NCBI GenBank assembly: GCA_038116745.1
Contig: JAYODW010000004.1
Span: 50,408-114,407 of the forward strand
Source: Gammaproteobacteria bacterium
GTDB taxonomy: Bacteria > Pseudomonadota > Gammaproteobacteria > Ga0077536
Length of the DNA: 64,000 nucleotides
Reading direction: 5' to 3'
The first letter of the stretch is position 1; the number at the start of each line of letters is the position of its first letter. A model generated the notes under the pieces. It saw only the letters and a list, made by a program, of their open reading frames with translations, did no database searches and had not been told where the DNA came from. Below are positions 1 to 9,519 of the stretch, one piece after another. The translations under genes and the position numbers were made by a program.

Positions 1-649
1 CGGCCACCTCGCTGAACGGCGCGAAAACCCGGCCAAGGCGCTCCCGATAGGCCGCCTGGCTGAGGCCGAGCTCGTCTCTCAGCACCTGTTCAAACAGGCA
101 GTAGACCTGGATCGGGAAAGTCACCCCGTGTCGTGTTTCGTACACCGTGGTCATCGGGTCGTCCGGCCACAGGTCCTCGAATTCACCCTCGACTTCTTCG
201 CGCCAGTCAAAGCTGATCCCGGCGCGCCCCGCGTTACGGATTGTGGCCAGTACTTCTGCGCCGGTGAGCACCGCGACCCGGGTTTCGCCGGCGTGGATAG
301 ATTCCGCCATCTGGTTGACCAGGCGCTGCGGCGTTTCGCCGCCGACCTCGGCATAGATTGCCCGCCGTGGCTGCAGCGCAAGTCGTCGGGCAACCGACCA
401 GGGCATGTTGTTCGAGCAGCCGAACGGATTCGGCCACATCACGGTGTCCTTCACCGAGTGCTCAAACAGTCGCGCGACAGCCAGAACGTCGACATGTTCA
501 CGCAGCGCAGCCGCACAGCCGGTGTGTTCGAGCGCGCGCCGCGCGGCCTCAGCGGCCATGTCTGCCGGCGACAGGCTGCGTCCCGGCTGGGGCGGGTCAC
601 GGTCAACGGTCTGGCCGCTACCGATCAGGATCGGGGTCGAATCTCGCAT
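1..649 (-). CDS. thiolase-like / SCP-x-type lipid-transfer protein, 3' end truncated by window edge
   Basis: Open minus-strand frame from ATG at 647-649 to the window edge with no stop. Translation begins MRDSTPILIGSGQTVDRD...LSPADMAAEAARRALEHTG, resembling the N-termini of Ltp-type thiolase-like proteins. The overlapping plus-strand ORF 128..676 is Arg-rich and is judged a shadow. The ORF track omits edge-truncated ORFs. Confidence 0.45.
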   Translation of the reverse strand, partial: MRDSTPILIGSGQTVDRDPPQPGRSLSPADMAAEAARRALEHTGCAAALREHVDVLAVARLFEHSVKDTVMWPNPFGCSNNMPWSVARRLALQPRRAIYAEVGGETPQRLVNQMAESIHAGETRVAVLTGAEVLATIRNAGRAGISFDWREEVEGEFEDLWPDDPMTTVYETRHGVTFPIQVYCLFEQVLRDELGLSQAAYRERLGRVFAPFSEVA

Positions 650-777
650 GGGGTTACTCACTTCCAAGGCTGTTGAACGAGGTCAGAATGCGACGTCGGA
701 ACTTAGCACAAGCCATCGCTTACGCCGCGCCCTGGGCTCCTTATACTAGGGCCCGGCCCAGCAACAGGAGAGCCATC

Positions 778-1554
778 ATGGCGCGGACCCTGATCGATAT
801 TTCCATGCATCTCGAAAACGACGTGGTTGCGGATCCGCCGGGATTCGGTCCACACATCGATTACGTCACTCATCAGGATTCCGTGGAGTACATGCTGAGT
901 TTTTTCCCGGGCCTGACCCAGGATCAGCTGCCGGACGGCGAGGCGTGGGCGCTGGAGAACATCCGCCTCAATACCCACAACGGCACCCATCTCGACGCGC
1001 CGTATCACTTTCACTCGACCATGAACCGAGGTGAGCGTGCGATCACCATCGACGAAGTGCCGCTCGACTGGTGCCTGCAGCCCGGGCTGAAGCTCGATTT
1101 CCGCCATTTCGACGACGGCTATGTGGTCACCGCAGACGACGTGGAGGCCGAGCTTGCGCGCATCGGCCATGAACTGCAGCCGCTTGAGATCGTGGTGGTC
1201 AATACGCGGGCGGGCGGCTGCTACGGTCAGCCGGACTACGTTTCAACGGGTTGCGGCATGGGGCATGACGCAACCATGTACCTGCTCGAGCGAGGTGTCC
1301 GCCTGACCGGGACCGATGGCTGGAGCTGGGATGCACCTTTTGTGCACACTAAAGACAAGTTCGCGGAGACCCGCGATGCGAGCCTGATCTGGGAAGGACA
1401 CAAGGCTGGCCGTGAGATCGGCTACTGCCACCTCGAAAAGCTGCACAACCTCGAAGCGCTGCCGGCAGACGGCTTCATGATCAGCTGCTTCCCGGTCAAA
1501 ATCCGCGGCGCCTCCGCGGGATGGACTCGGGCGGTGGCGATCCTGGAGCAGTAA
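778..1554 (+). CDS. cyclase family protein (kynurenine formamidase-like)
   Basis: HNGTHLDAPYHF metal-binding motif typical of the PF04199 cyclase family. Start ATG 778 is preceded by CAGGAGAG. The first 140 codons of track ORF 358..1554 overlap the minus-strand thiolase-like gene and are Arg-rich. Confidence 0.75.
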   Translation: MARTLIDISMHLENDVVADPPGFGPHIDYVTHQDSVEYMLSFFPGLTQDQLPDGEAWALENIRLNTHNGTHLDAPYHFHSTMNRGERAITIDEVPLDWCLQPGLKLDFRHFDDGYVVTADDVEAELARIGHELQPLEIVVVNTRAGGCYGQPDYVSTGCGMGHDATMYLLERGVRLTGTDGWSWDAPFVHTKDKFAETRDASLIWEGHKAGREIGYCHLEKLHNLEALPADGFMISCFPVKIRGASAGWTRAVAILEQ

Positions 1555-1610
1555 GGCAGACGCCGCCCCCGCGCCGTCGACTGACGCGGGAACCGCGCGA
1601 GATTCCTGGC

Positions 1611-2387
1611 TCAGCGCCGGTCGATAAAAACCTTCTCTTTACCGACCCACATGGCTGAGCGCTTGAAATCGATGAACTTGGCCTCGTCCTCAACCGCGAG
1701 CTCCATTGCCCGCGCGGCTTCCGGCCAGCGCTCCATGTCGAGCAGATCTGAACGACGGAACCAGGCCTCGGCGTGACCGTAATAAGGTTCGGTCTCGGTC
1801 CCGCGCGCGGCGCGCAGCGCCTCTTCGAGAGGATGGGCGGTGTAGTGCACCTGTAGATAGCGCCGCATGCGCATGGCGGTTGAGACCCCGCGGATCCGCG
1901 GGCCGTGGTTGGTCCGCCAGTAGAGCTGAGTGTCGTCCAGCGTGCGTCCGGGCAGCTGCCGCAGACAGAAGAACAGCTTGATGAGAGGACTGTGCTCGCG
2001 CGCCACCATCTCCTCGCTCGGATTCACCTGTGGATACTCGTAGGCCATCCACAGCGGCGAGCGGGGCAGGTCAATGAAGTTCTTCTCGTCGGCGAGGAGT
2101 TCCGCACCCGCCGCGCGACCAGCCTCGGTTGCACCGGCCTCGAGCGCCTCCAGATTTTCCCACCACAGCTCGGCGACCCCGTCATAGGGCTCTTCCATGC
2201 CGCCACGGGCCTCGGCCAGCGCGTCGTTGATTGGATCGTCAAGGGTATGCAGCTGCACATAGCGCTGGATTCCGAGGTGCGTTGAGTGGCTCGCGACCAG
2301 CGGGCCGTGGACCTCGCGCCAGTACTGCTGAAACTCCGTTCGTGACATCCCGGGCTTACGCCTGAGGGCAAACTCCAGTCGAATCAT
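1611..2387 (-). CDS. EthD domain-containing protein (tandem EthD-like halves)
   Basis: Two repeated halves with the EthD-like pattern (MSRTEFQQYWREVHGP... and LDDTQLYWRTNHGP...). 258 aa. Confidence 0.65.
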   Translation of the reverse strand: MIRLEFALRRKPGMSRTEFQQYWREVHGPLVASHSTHLGIQRYVQLHTLDDPINDALAEARGGMEEPYDGVAELWWENLEALEAGATEAGRAAGAELLADEKNFIDLPRSPLWMAYEYPQVNPSEEMVAREHSPLIKLFFCLRQLPGRTLDDTQLYWRTNHGPRIRGVSTAMRMRRYLQVHYTAHPLEEALRAARGTETEPYYGHAEAWFRRSDLLDMERWPEAARAMELAVEDEAKFIDFKRSAMWVGKEKVFIDRR

Positions 2388-2423
2388 GCGTGCTCTCCCT
2401 TAAATAATCAGCGATATGACGCG

Positions 2424-3101
2424 TCAGACGTCAGCAGCCGGCGCGGACCAGCGATCACGGTGAATGAACTGATCGAGATCCTTGCGCGGCGCCGGGCGGA
2501 AATCCGTTCCCAGGGTATAGGCGATAGGCACCAGCGCCACCTGGGTGAACTGCGCATAGGGTACTTCCAGGATTTCGGCGGCTTCGCGTTCGAACATGAG
2601 ATGGCCGGTGGTCCAGCAGGTCCCGAGTCCACGTTCCCGCGCGGCCAGCATGAAACTCCAAACGGCAGGCAGAATCGAGCCGTACAGCGCGGCTAGGACC
2701 TCGGTGGGCGCGTCTTCATGTCGTCCGGGCAATAGCGGGACCAGCAGCCAGGGCGCGTCCTGCATCCGTTCGACCAGGTACTCGGCCGATGCGGTCGCGC
2801 GCGCCGCCACGTCCGCCATGCGCGCGTCGTCACGGTGCAGATTAGCGATGGACCAGGGCTGCTCGATGTAGGGTCCCCAGGCCCGACGGTACAGATCCGC
2901 CAGCGCCTGCCGGGTGCCCGGGTCTTCAACCAGCACAAACTGCCACTGGTGCCCCAGCGAACCGGTCGGCGCCTGCACCGCAAGCGCGAGGCATTCACGC
3001 ACCAGCTCGAAGCTCACAGGACGATCGAAATCGAGCCGCCTGCGCACTGCGCGCGTGGTGGTCAGCACCTCGTCTACGGACAGCTTGAGCATGGTCTGCA
3101 T
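2424..3101 (-). CDS. nitroreductase family protein
   Basis: Nitroreductase-like sequence (LSVDEVLTTTRAVRRRLDFDRPVSFELVRECLALAVQAPTGS...). 225 aa. Confidence 0.7.
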   Translation of the reverse strand: MQTMLKLSVDEVLTTTRAVRRRLDFDRPVSFELVRECLALAVQAPTGSLGHQWQFVLVEDPGTRQALADLYRRAWGPYIEQPWSIANLHRDDARMADVAARATASAEYLVERMQDAPWLLVPLLPGRHEDAPTEVLAALYGSILPAVWSFMLAARERGLGTCWTTGHLMFEREAAEILEVPYAQFTQVALVPIAYTLGTDFRPAPRKDLDQFIHRDRWSAPAADV

Positions 3102-3237
3102 CTATCCCGCGCGGAGTTCAGAACGTCAAGTCTAGCAGCCGGCTCATGCCTCGACGTTCGGCCTGCGGTTGTTGCCGCGCGCTACAATCCCAATCGCAGG
3201 CAAGCTGTCGCTGACGGACGCAAAGGAATCGACATCC

Positions 3238-4551
3238 GTGAAAACCATCCCCTTCATTCTCATGCTGCATGCCTTCGCAGGCATCGCTCCGCTCTATGCC
3301 GGGGGGGCCGACCGCACAGCCGTGCTTGACTGGATCGCGGCCGGACCCGCTTTCGACGCGCCGGCGCCGGGCAGCGTGCTCGGCGAAGACGACGCTGCGA
3401 TCGCGCAGTTTCTGCCGCCCGGCTATGCCGAGGAATTCCGTTTTGCCGGTGTGCGCCTGACGATCGACCCGCGGCTCGATTTCTTTCCTCATCCGGTCTA
3501 CCAGGAAGCGACCGCACGGCATGTCGGCGAGGCGCAGCTCGGTGCGGACGGCAGGCTCGAACATTACCAGGCGGGGCGCCCCTTTGACCCGGCGGGCTTC
3601 GCCAACCTCAGCGCCGAAGACGCGGGCTACCAGGTCGCCTGGAACTTCATTCACCGCTGGCAGTACTACGGCTGGCAGCTCAAGGAACTGAGCATGAACT
3701 ACCTGCGTCCGGCCGCGGGTTCCAGTCCGGGGCGCCCTGGCCTGCGCGGAGGCGGTCATCTTGAACGCTTCGTCACGCAGAACTACCACCGCGTGTACCT
3801 CTCACACCTGGCCATGCTCCCGAGCGACCACTACCGCGTGGATGTGGAAGGCTCCGACCAGTACCTGTTCAAGGACTACATGGAATTTCTCGAGCCCTTT
3901 GATGTGAAAGGCACCCAGTTCGTGCTTGAACGCGCGCTCGATCCGACCGAGCCTGATCAGGTCAACTCCTACCTGCCCGGCGAGCGGCGGGTACGACGCC
4001 TGTCAGCCGAAGAGCGCGCCGATCGCTTCATGGGGGCCGACCTGACCATGGATGATTTCGAGGGCTTTTCCGGGCAGGTGCTCGACTATACCTGGCGCTA
4101 TCTGGGTCAACGGCGAGTGCTCGCCGTGATCGACGCGGGGGGACCGCTGGTCGAATTCTTCGGGCCGCAAAGCCGGGTACCAGACGACCGCTGGCAGCTG
4201 CGCGACACGCACGCGGTGGAGATCGTCCCGAAATGGGCCGGCCATCCCTATGCCAGCAAGATCCTTTTCATCGACGCCCAGACCTGGAACGTGACCGTCG
4301 CCCTTGCATTCAATCGCGACCTGCAGATGTGGCGCATTCTGAGCCCGCTCTACCATATGCCCGAGCCGGCAAGCGATCCGGAAGGGGCTCTCGAGACCTC
4401 GGTCCCGCGCTGGACCGGGACCATTGCCATCGACCGGATCGCGGACACGGCAACTATCTCGCGCGCCGAAGACCCCACCCGCGTGCCGACCATGAAAGCC
4501 TCCCAGATCCGGCGCAGGTTCAATGTCTCTAATCTGACCAGCGGCCGATAG
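3238..4551 (+). CDS. DUF1329 family protein (LolA-like, outer-membrane associated), paralog 1
   Basis: Clear paralogy to ORF 8123..9439 (shared ...RRxLxxEERxDxxMGxDxTxDDFxGFxG...WRYLGxRxxLAxI...HxVEIxPK... blocks), matching the DUF1329 architecture. GTG 3238 is chosen as start because an AAGGAA RBS lies 9 nt upstream and a signal-like N-terminus follows (VKTIPFILMLHAFAGIAPLYAGGA). The track ORF begins at 3169. Confidence 0.7.
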   Translation: MKTIPFILMLHAFAGIAPLYAGGADRTAVLDWIAAGPAFDAPAPGSVLGEDDAAIAQFLPPGYAEEFRFAGVRLTIDPRLDFFPHPVYQEATARHVGEAQLGADGRLEHYQAGRPFDPAGFANLSAEDAGYQVAWNFIHRWQYYGWQLKELSMNYLRPAAGSSPGRPGLRGGGHLERFVTQNYHRVYLSHLAMLPSDHYRVDVEGSDQYLFKDYMEFLEPFDVKGTQFVLERALDPTEPDQVNSYLPGERRVRRLSAEERADRFMGADLTMDDFEGFSGQVLDYTWRYLGQRRVLAVIDAGGPLVEFFGPQSRVPDDRWQLRDTHAVEIVPKWAGHPYASKILFIDAQTWNVTVALAFNRDLQMWRILSPLYHMPEPASDPEGALETSVPRWTGTIAIDRIADTATISRAEDPTRVPTMKASQIRRRFNVSNLTSGR

Positions 4552-4805
4552 CGGCAGCCTCAGCTCGCAGGCACTTTCTGAGCCCAGGCCTTGATGCGCG
4601 CTCCGCCACGAGCGCACCAGGCAACCACGGCGCGCCTGCCGAATATGGGTCCGTCAGACCGGACGCATGAGGCCCCCGAGCGACAACCGTGGTCTATTCT
4701 GTTGCGTGTGACTTGGCCCGTAATAAGCTAAAGTTTAGTGAAGCGAATCCGCTGACTTCCCGGTCGGGATCGCCTATCGATTTCAACCTTTAAAGCGAGG
4801 CAGTC

Positions 4806-6581
4806 ATGGTGCAGCCAGATCCGTCATTTGGGTGGACAGCCGGCGGCTGGGCAGAAGCCCCCCTGCCGTCCTTCGAAGACGCCCGTCTGACCGTACTCGA
4901 CGACCTCGACATCCTCTACAGCGACACAGAGGCGATCTTCGACGGCATCACGCGGATTGCCGCTGAACTGGCTCGAGCGCCAATTGCCATACTGTCCCTG
5001 GTCACACGAAACAAACAGTGGTTCAAGAGCCAATACGGTCTCGGCGATGTCTGCGAAACACCCCGCGACCAAGCGTTCTGTGCCCACGCCATTCTGACCG
5101 AGCGGATGTTCGAAGTGCAGGACACGCTGAAGGATTCTCGTTTTCGAACGAATCCCCTTGTCACCGGCGAGCCGCGTATCCGCTACTACCTGGGCTTTCC
5201 CCTGTCAGTGGGGCACCCTGAACGTTTCAACATCGGCACGCTCTGCGTCATTGACCGGCGGCCACGGGTTCTGACGCCGGCCACAAAAGAGGGACTTGCC
5301 TGTCTGGCGGATTTGGTCTCCGGCGAATTGCAATCTCGGCTGAGAGTGCGAGCCCTGGACGATGCCAGCGCTCGAATTATCGCGGGTCAGGCAGAGCTTG
5401 AACGGGAACGGGCCAAGCATGCCGGAATACTTGGCTCAGCGGCAGTCGGATTGTGGGAATGGAATCTGCAGACCGACGAAACCGTGATCAGCCCCGGATG
5501 GGCGGCTTCCCTGGGTTACACGCTGGCCGAACTCTCTCCCTTTACGCCTGATCGCTTCCGCGCTCTTTGCCACGAAGACGATGTCGGCCTTCTGACCGCT
5601 GCAGCCGAGGCCCACGCGTCCGGGCAGTGTTCCAAGCTCGACGTCGAGGTGCGCCTGCGCCACGCGCAGGGCCATTGGGTATGGTCAAACATCCGCGGAG
5701 CGCTCGCTACCCGTACCCCTGATGGTGCTCCTGAATGGCTTGTGGGTGCTCAGATTAATGTCCATCGCGTGCGCTCTGAACAGGAAGTCCTGAAAGAACG
5801 GGGAGCGGAACTCGCGGCTGCGGTTAAGGCCCGCACACACGACATGGCGGAGGCGCTGAAGCGTGCGGAAAAAGCCGACCAGGCCAAGATGGCTTTCCTC
5901 GCCACCCTGAGCCACGAGCTCAATACGCCGTTGAACGGTGTGCTCGGCTTGACCCAGATGCTGCGCAACTCGAAGCTGGATGCACAACAAACGAAGCTGA
6001 CCGACATCCTGCTGGAGTCCGGCACCCAGCTGCAGCGGATGATCAGCCGGCTGCTGTCTTATTCACGTGATGAATCAGACGCTATCTCGCTGGTTGAGGA
6101 ACCTGTGGACCCTGCCGATCTGATTAAGCGGGCGGAGCAGCTGGTTGCTTCGATGCTGGCAGGCAAGGCAGTAACCCTGCGGCACGACATCGATGAGCTG
6201 CCCTCTGGACTGCTGGCAGACGACACCCGACTGTTCGCCGTCCTCTCCAACCTGGTCGTGAACGCCGTCAAGTTCACTGATGAGGGTCTCATTGTCATTC
6301 GCTGCCGCCGTCTCGACGGCGGTGATTCCCGCGAAACGCTGCGCTTTGAGGTGGAGGACAGTGGTCCTGGCTTCAACGCTGACGATGCGGAAATGCTCTT
6401 CCAGCCGTTCCGCCAGGCCGGCGAGGTAACGACGCGGAGAAAGGATGGCGTAGGCCTCGGGCTCGCGATCGCGAAGCGGAATATCGAGGCCATGGGCGGT
6501 CGCATCGGCGCAGAATCCACTCCCGGAAAAGGCAGCCTGTTCTGGTTCGAAGTATCGCTTCGCGTGGTAACGCCTGACTGA
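4806..6581 (+). CDS. cytoplasmic sensor histidine kinase (GAF + PAS + HisKA + HATPase_c)
   Basis: N-terminal GAF-like region, PAS-like region (VGLWEWNLQTDETVISPGWAASLGYT), H-box (LATLSHELNTPLNGV), and N/G1/G2 boxes (NLVVNAVKFT, EDSGPGF, GVGLGLAI). No TM segments seen. No response regulator gene is adjacent. Confidence 0.8.
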   Translation: MVQPDPSFGWTAGGWAEAPLPSFEDARLTVLDDLDILYSDTEAIFDGITRIAAELARAPIAILSLVTRNKQWFKSQYGLGDVCETPRDQAFCAHAILTERMFEVQDTLKDSRFRTNPLVTGEPRIRYYLGFPLSVGHPERFNIGTLCVIDRRPRVLTPATKEGLACLADLVSGELQSRLRVRALDDASARIIAGQAELERERAKHAGILGSAAVGLWEWNLQTDETVISPGWAASLGYTLAELSPFTPDRFRALCHEDDVGLLTAAAEAHASGQCSKLDVEVRLRHAQGHWVWSNIRGALATRTPDGAPEWLVGAQINVHRVRSEQEVLKERGAELAAAVKARTHDMAEALKRAEKADQAKMAFLATLSHELNTPLNGVLGLTQMLRNSKLDAQQTKLTDILLESGTQLQRMISRLLSYSRDESDAISLVEEPVDPADLIKRAEQLVASMLAGKAVTLRHDIDELPSGLLADDTRLFAVLSNLVVNAVKFTDEGLIVIRCRRLDGGDSRETLRFEVEDSGPGFNADDAEMLFQPFRQAGEVTTRRKDGVGLGLAIAKRNIEAMGGRIGAESTPGKGSLFWFEVSLRVVTPD

Positions 6582-6767
6582 GCGCCCGGCAAACCTGGCG
6601 CCTTACGCGGCGCCTGTCGAATCCTCTTTCCTGACTCAGACTCTCCCCACTGACGCCTCACTGCCAGTTCCAACACGCTATCAGTGCGGCCTGCTCAACC
6701 CCGACGACAGCGCGCCGTTTGCCCGGGGAGTATCCTGACGCGCCACGGTTTCCCTGGAGTTTCGACC

Positions 6768-7997
6768 ATGATTGCCACGCCCCTGCCCGAAGACGTTCGC
6801 AGCGCCCGTGACGGCATTCTCAGTTTTGTCGCTCGCGAGGTAGTGCCGCGCCACGTGCAGCATCGGGGGCTGCTGGAAGAACCACGACGCCTGCACAGGG
6901 AGGACGGCCGATACTCCGATGAAGCCCTCGAGCTGATCCGCGAAGTCCGCATGGCCGCCGCAGCAGCGGGCTATTTCCAGATGTGTGTGCCGGAGGCACT
7001 CGGCGGCGGCGGGCTCGGGCATCTGGCGTATTACGTTGCCTGGGAAGCAATGTTCCATACCTATGGGCCGCGCAACTGGCTGCAGCTTTACGCCCTGTCC
7101 CATTGGGCCTTCGGACCGAGCCGTCTGCTCGAAAAAATGACCCCTGAGGCACAGACCCGGGTCCTGCCCGGTCTGATGGACGGGTCGCAGTCCATGTGTT
7201 TCGGCCTCTCTGAACCAAACGCCGGCTCTGATGCCAGCATGATCAAAACGCGGGCCGTGAGAGACGGCAACGGCTGGCGCATTTCGGGCCGCAAGATCTG
7301 GACGACCAATTCACCGACTGCAGACTACTGCGTCATCTTTGCCGTCACCGACGCTGACAAGGCCGCCTCGAAACGGGGTGGGATCAGCGCGTTCATTGTT
7401 CCGACCGACGCCCCTGGTTTCCAGGTGCAGCGCATCATCCGCCTGTTCGGACACGCAGGCGGCGATGAAGCCGAACTCGCGTTTGACGACCTGCCGGTCG
7501 AGCCATGGCAGCTGGTCGGCGAACTCGACCAGGGCTTTCAGGCAGCGCTTTACGGGGTTTCACTCGGCCGGGTTTATAACTCGGCCAGGGCAGTGGGTTA
7601 CGGACGCTGGGCGTTAGAGCAGGCGCTTGACTACGCACAGACACGCGAGGCCTTCGGCGAGGCCATCGCGAACTACCAGGCAGTCAGCTTCCCGCTGGCC
7701 GAAAGCGCCACCGAGCTGCACGCTGCGCACCTGATGGGAATCAACTCCGCAACCCTGCTCGACCACGGCGAAGCGGCTATCAAAGAGCTCAGCATGACCA
7801 AGGCTTACTCCGTGCAGAGAGGATTTCAAGCCGTTGACCGGGCTATTCAGGTCCACGGAGCCATGGGATTCACCAATGAACTCGGCCTGACGGACGCCTG
7901 GCACATTCTGCGGATCATCAACATCGCAGACGGCACCAATGAAATCCTCAACCGCACCATTGCGCAGCGCCTGTTCAAGGGCGACCTTGCTCTCTGA
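6768..7997 (+). CDS. acyl-CoA dehydrogenase family protein
   Basis: ACAD fold motifs (CFGLSEPNAGSDASMIKTRA, WTTNS, TNEILNRTIAQ). Start set to ATG 6768 (MIATPLPED). The upstream part of the track ORF is Arg-rich. Confidence 0.8.
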   Translation: MIATPLPEDVRSARDGILSFVAREVVPRHVQHRGLLEEPRRLHREDGRYSDEALELIREVRMAAAAAGYFQMCVPEALGGGGLGHLAYYVAWEAMFHTYGPRNWLQLYALSHWAFGPSRLLEKMTPEAQTRVLPGLMDGSQSMCFGLSEPNAGSDASMIKTRAVRDGNGWRISGRKIWTTNSPTADYCVIFAVTDADKAASKRGGISAFIVPTDAPGFQVQRIIRLFGHAGGDEAELAFDDLPVEPWQLVGELDQGFQAALYGVSLGRVYNSARAVGYGRWALEQALDYAQTREAFGEAIANYQAVSFPLAESATELHAAHLMGINSATLLDHGEAAIKELSMTKAYSVQRGFQAVDRAIQVHGAMGFTNELGLTDAWHILRIINIADGTNEILNRTIAQRLFKGDLAL

Positions 7998-8122
7998 TGC
8001 GGCGCCAAAGGACGGCGCTGCGTTACCTCCACCAGCTGCCTGAGGTATATTCCGCGGCCGGATAAGGATATGCCTTAAAAGAATAAGTGCACCCCCGCGT
8101 TTAGAGACGAAGAGTTCCCGCC

Positions 8123-9439
8123 ATGCAAAGACCAAACGCACTGATCAAGCGACTGCGTCGCCTTTCTCGACCGCTGCTGACTCTCCTGCTCAGCTGCGCC
8201 CTGGCGCCGATTCCCGCCTGGGCCAACGGCGACCAGAGCTACCAGGCGCTGCTCGATTGGATTGACACCGAGCCCGCACAACTGCCCGCGGCAGGGACCC
8301 ATCTGACGCTCGCCGACAAGAACACTTACCTGGAATCACTCATTCCGCACTCCGCCTGGGAGTACTACATCTTTGACGGCATGGACATGGAGGTCGCGGC
8401 CACAGGCGATTACCCCGCGCCGCCACATTGGGGCCAGAACGTCCCCAGCGACTATCACCTTGACGATCAGGGTGTGCTGATCAACTTCAAAGGCGGCGGT
8501 TTTCCGTACCCTGACATCGCTCAGGATGACCCCATGGCTGGCCAGAAGGTTGTCTGGAACATGCTCTGGCGCCCTGGCGACAACGACTACGACATGCCCA
8601 TGGTGACATGGCTGCGCGGTGAAAACGGCAAGCTCGACCGCACCATGGAATACACCTCGGTGTCCTCGACCTACGCGCGCGGGGAACATTGTCTTGTCCC
8701 GGGTTACGAAGAAGTACAGAACAAACGCATCATGGAGTTTCGCTCGCCGCGCGATATGGCCGGCGCGAAAGACATGTCTATCAGCTATGTCGATCATTAC
8801 CGCGAAAATTCCGGCTGGCTTTACATGCCTGCCCAGCGGAAACCCCGCCGCACGCTCGCATCGGAGCGCACCAGCGAGCTGATGGGCATGGACATGATCC
8901 GCGAGGATCTGAATGGCTTCGGCGGCAAAGTCTTCGAAAACAACTGGCGCTACCTCGGCAAACGCAAGCTGCTCGCGACCATCAACATTGCGGACAACCC
9001 AGAGTTCGGTGGGCCGCACCTGTGGGTTCCGCACAAGACGCGCTGGGAGGTGCGCGATACGCACGTCGTGCTGATCGAGCCCAAGGCGGACAATCATCCC
9101 TACAGCCACCGCGTGGTGTTTATCGACGCGGAAACCTTCTGGACGCACTGGATGTTTGCCTATGATGCAGATGACGATCAGCTGCTGCGCATGAGCCAGC
9201 ACTACCTCAAATATTCAGAAAGTTACGCCGACGAGCCCGCACAGAACGCGCCCTACGTCGAACACGACATGTCAGAAAACGTCGGCCACTTTGTCTTCCT
9301 GCATCTCGGCGAGACGGACATCAACGCCAAGAAGCCGCACGCGACCACAACCCACTGCTACGTGCATAAGCGCGATTTCGAAGCTGCCCACGCGCGTCAG
9401 TTCTACTCACTGCGCAACATGGTGAGCGGCCGCCGCTGA
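8123..9439 (+). CDS. DUF1329 family protein, paralog 2
   Basis: Signal peptide (LLTLLLSCALAPIPAWA). Paralogous to 3238..4551. Confidence 0.75.
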   Translation: MQRPNALIKRLRRLSRPLLTLLLSCALAPIPAWANGDQSYQALLDWIDTEPAQLPAAGTHLTLADKNTYLESLIPHSAWEYYIFDGMDMEVAATGDYPAPPHWGQNVPSDYHLDDQGVLINFKGGGFPYPDIAQDDPMAGQKVVWNMLWRPGDNDYDMPMVTWLRGENGKLDRTMEYTSVSSTYARGEHCLVPGYEEVQNKRIMEFRSPRDMAGAKDMSISYVDHYRENSGWLYMPAQRKPRRTLASERTSELMGMDMIREDLNGFGGKVFENNWRYLGKRKLLATINIADNPEFGGPHLWVPHKTRWEVRDTHVVLIEPKADNHPYSHRVVFIDAETFWTHWMFAYDADDDQLLRMSQHYLKYSESYADEPAQNAPYVEHDMSENVGHFVFLHLGETDINAKKPHATTTHCYVHKRDFEAAHARQFYSLRNMVSGRR

Positions 9440-9519
9440 GACTGTCCGGGTCACTCAGCCCGGCTTAACGGAACTAACGCGGCGGTCTGCGCCGCGCAGA
9501 CAAGAAAGGACTGGCTTTC

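Noticed and set aside
128-676. Plus-strand 182-aa ORF at the window start
   Set aside because: It is Arg/His-rich with low complexity and is antisense to a much more protein-like, thiolase-type frame that is open to the window edge.
4806-6581. Membrane-bound sensor kinase
   Set aside because: There are no hydrophobic TM segments in the N-terminal 250 aa. GAF/PAS domains indicate a soluble cytoplasmic sensor.
6595-6620. Rho-independent terminator after the histidine kinase (GGCGCC-ttacgc-GGCGCC hairpin)
   Set aside because: A self-complementary stem exists but no convincing U-tract follows. I left it uncalled.
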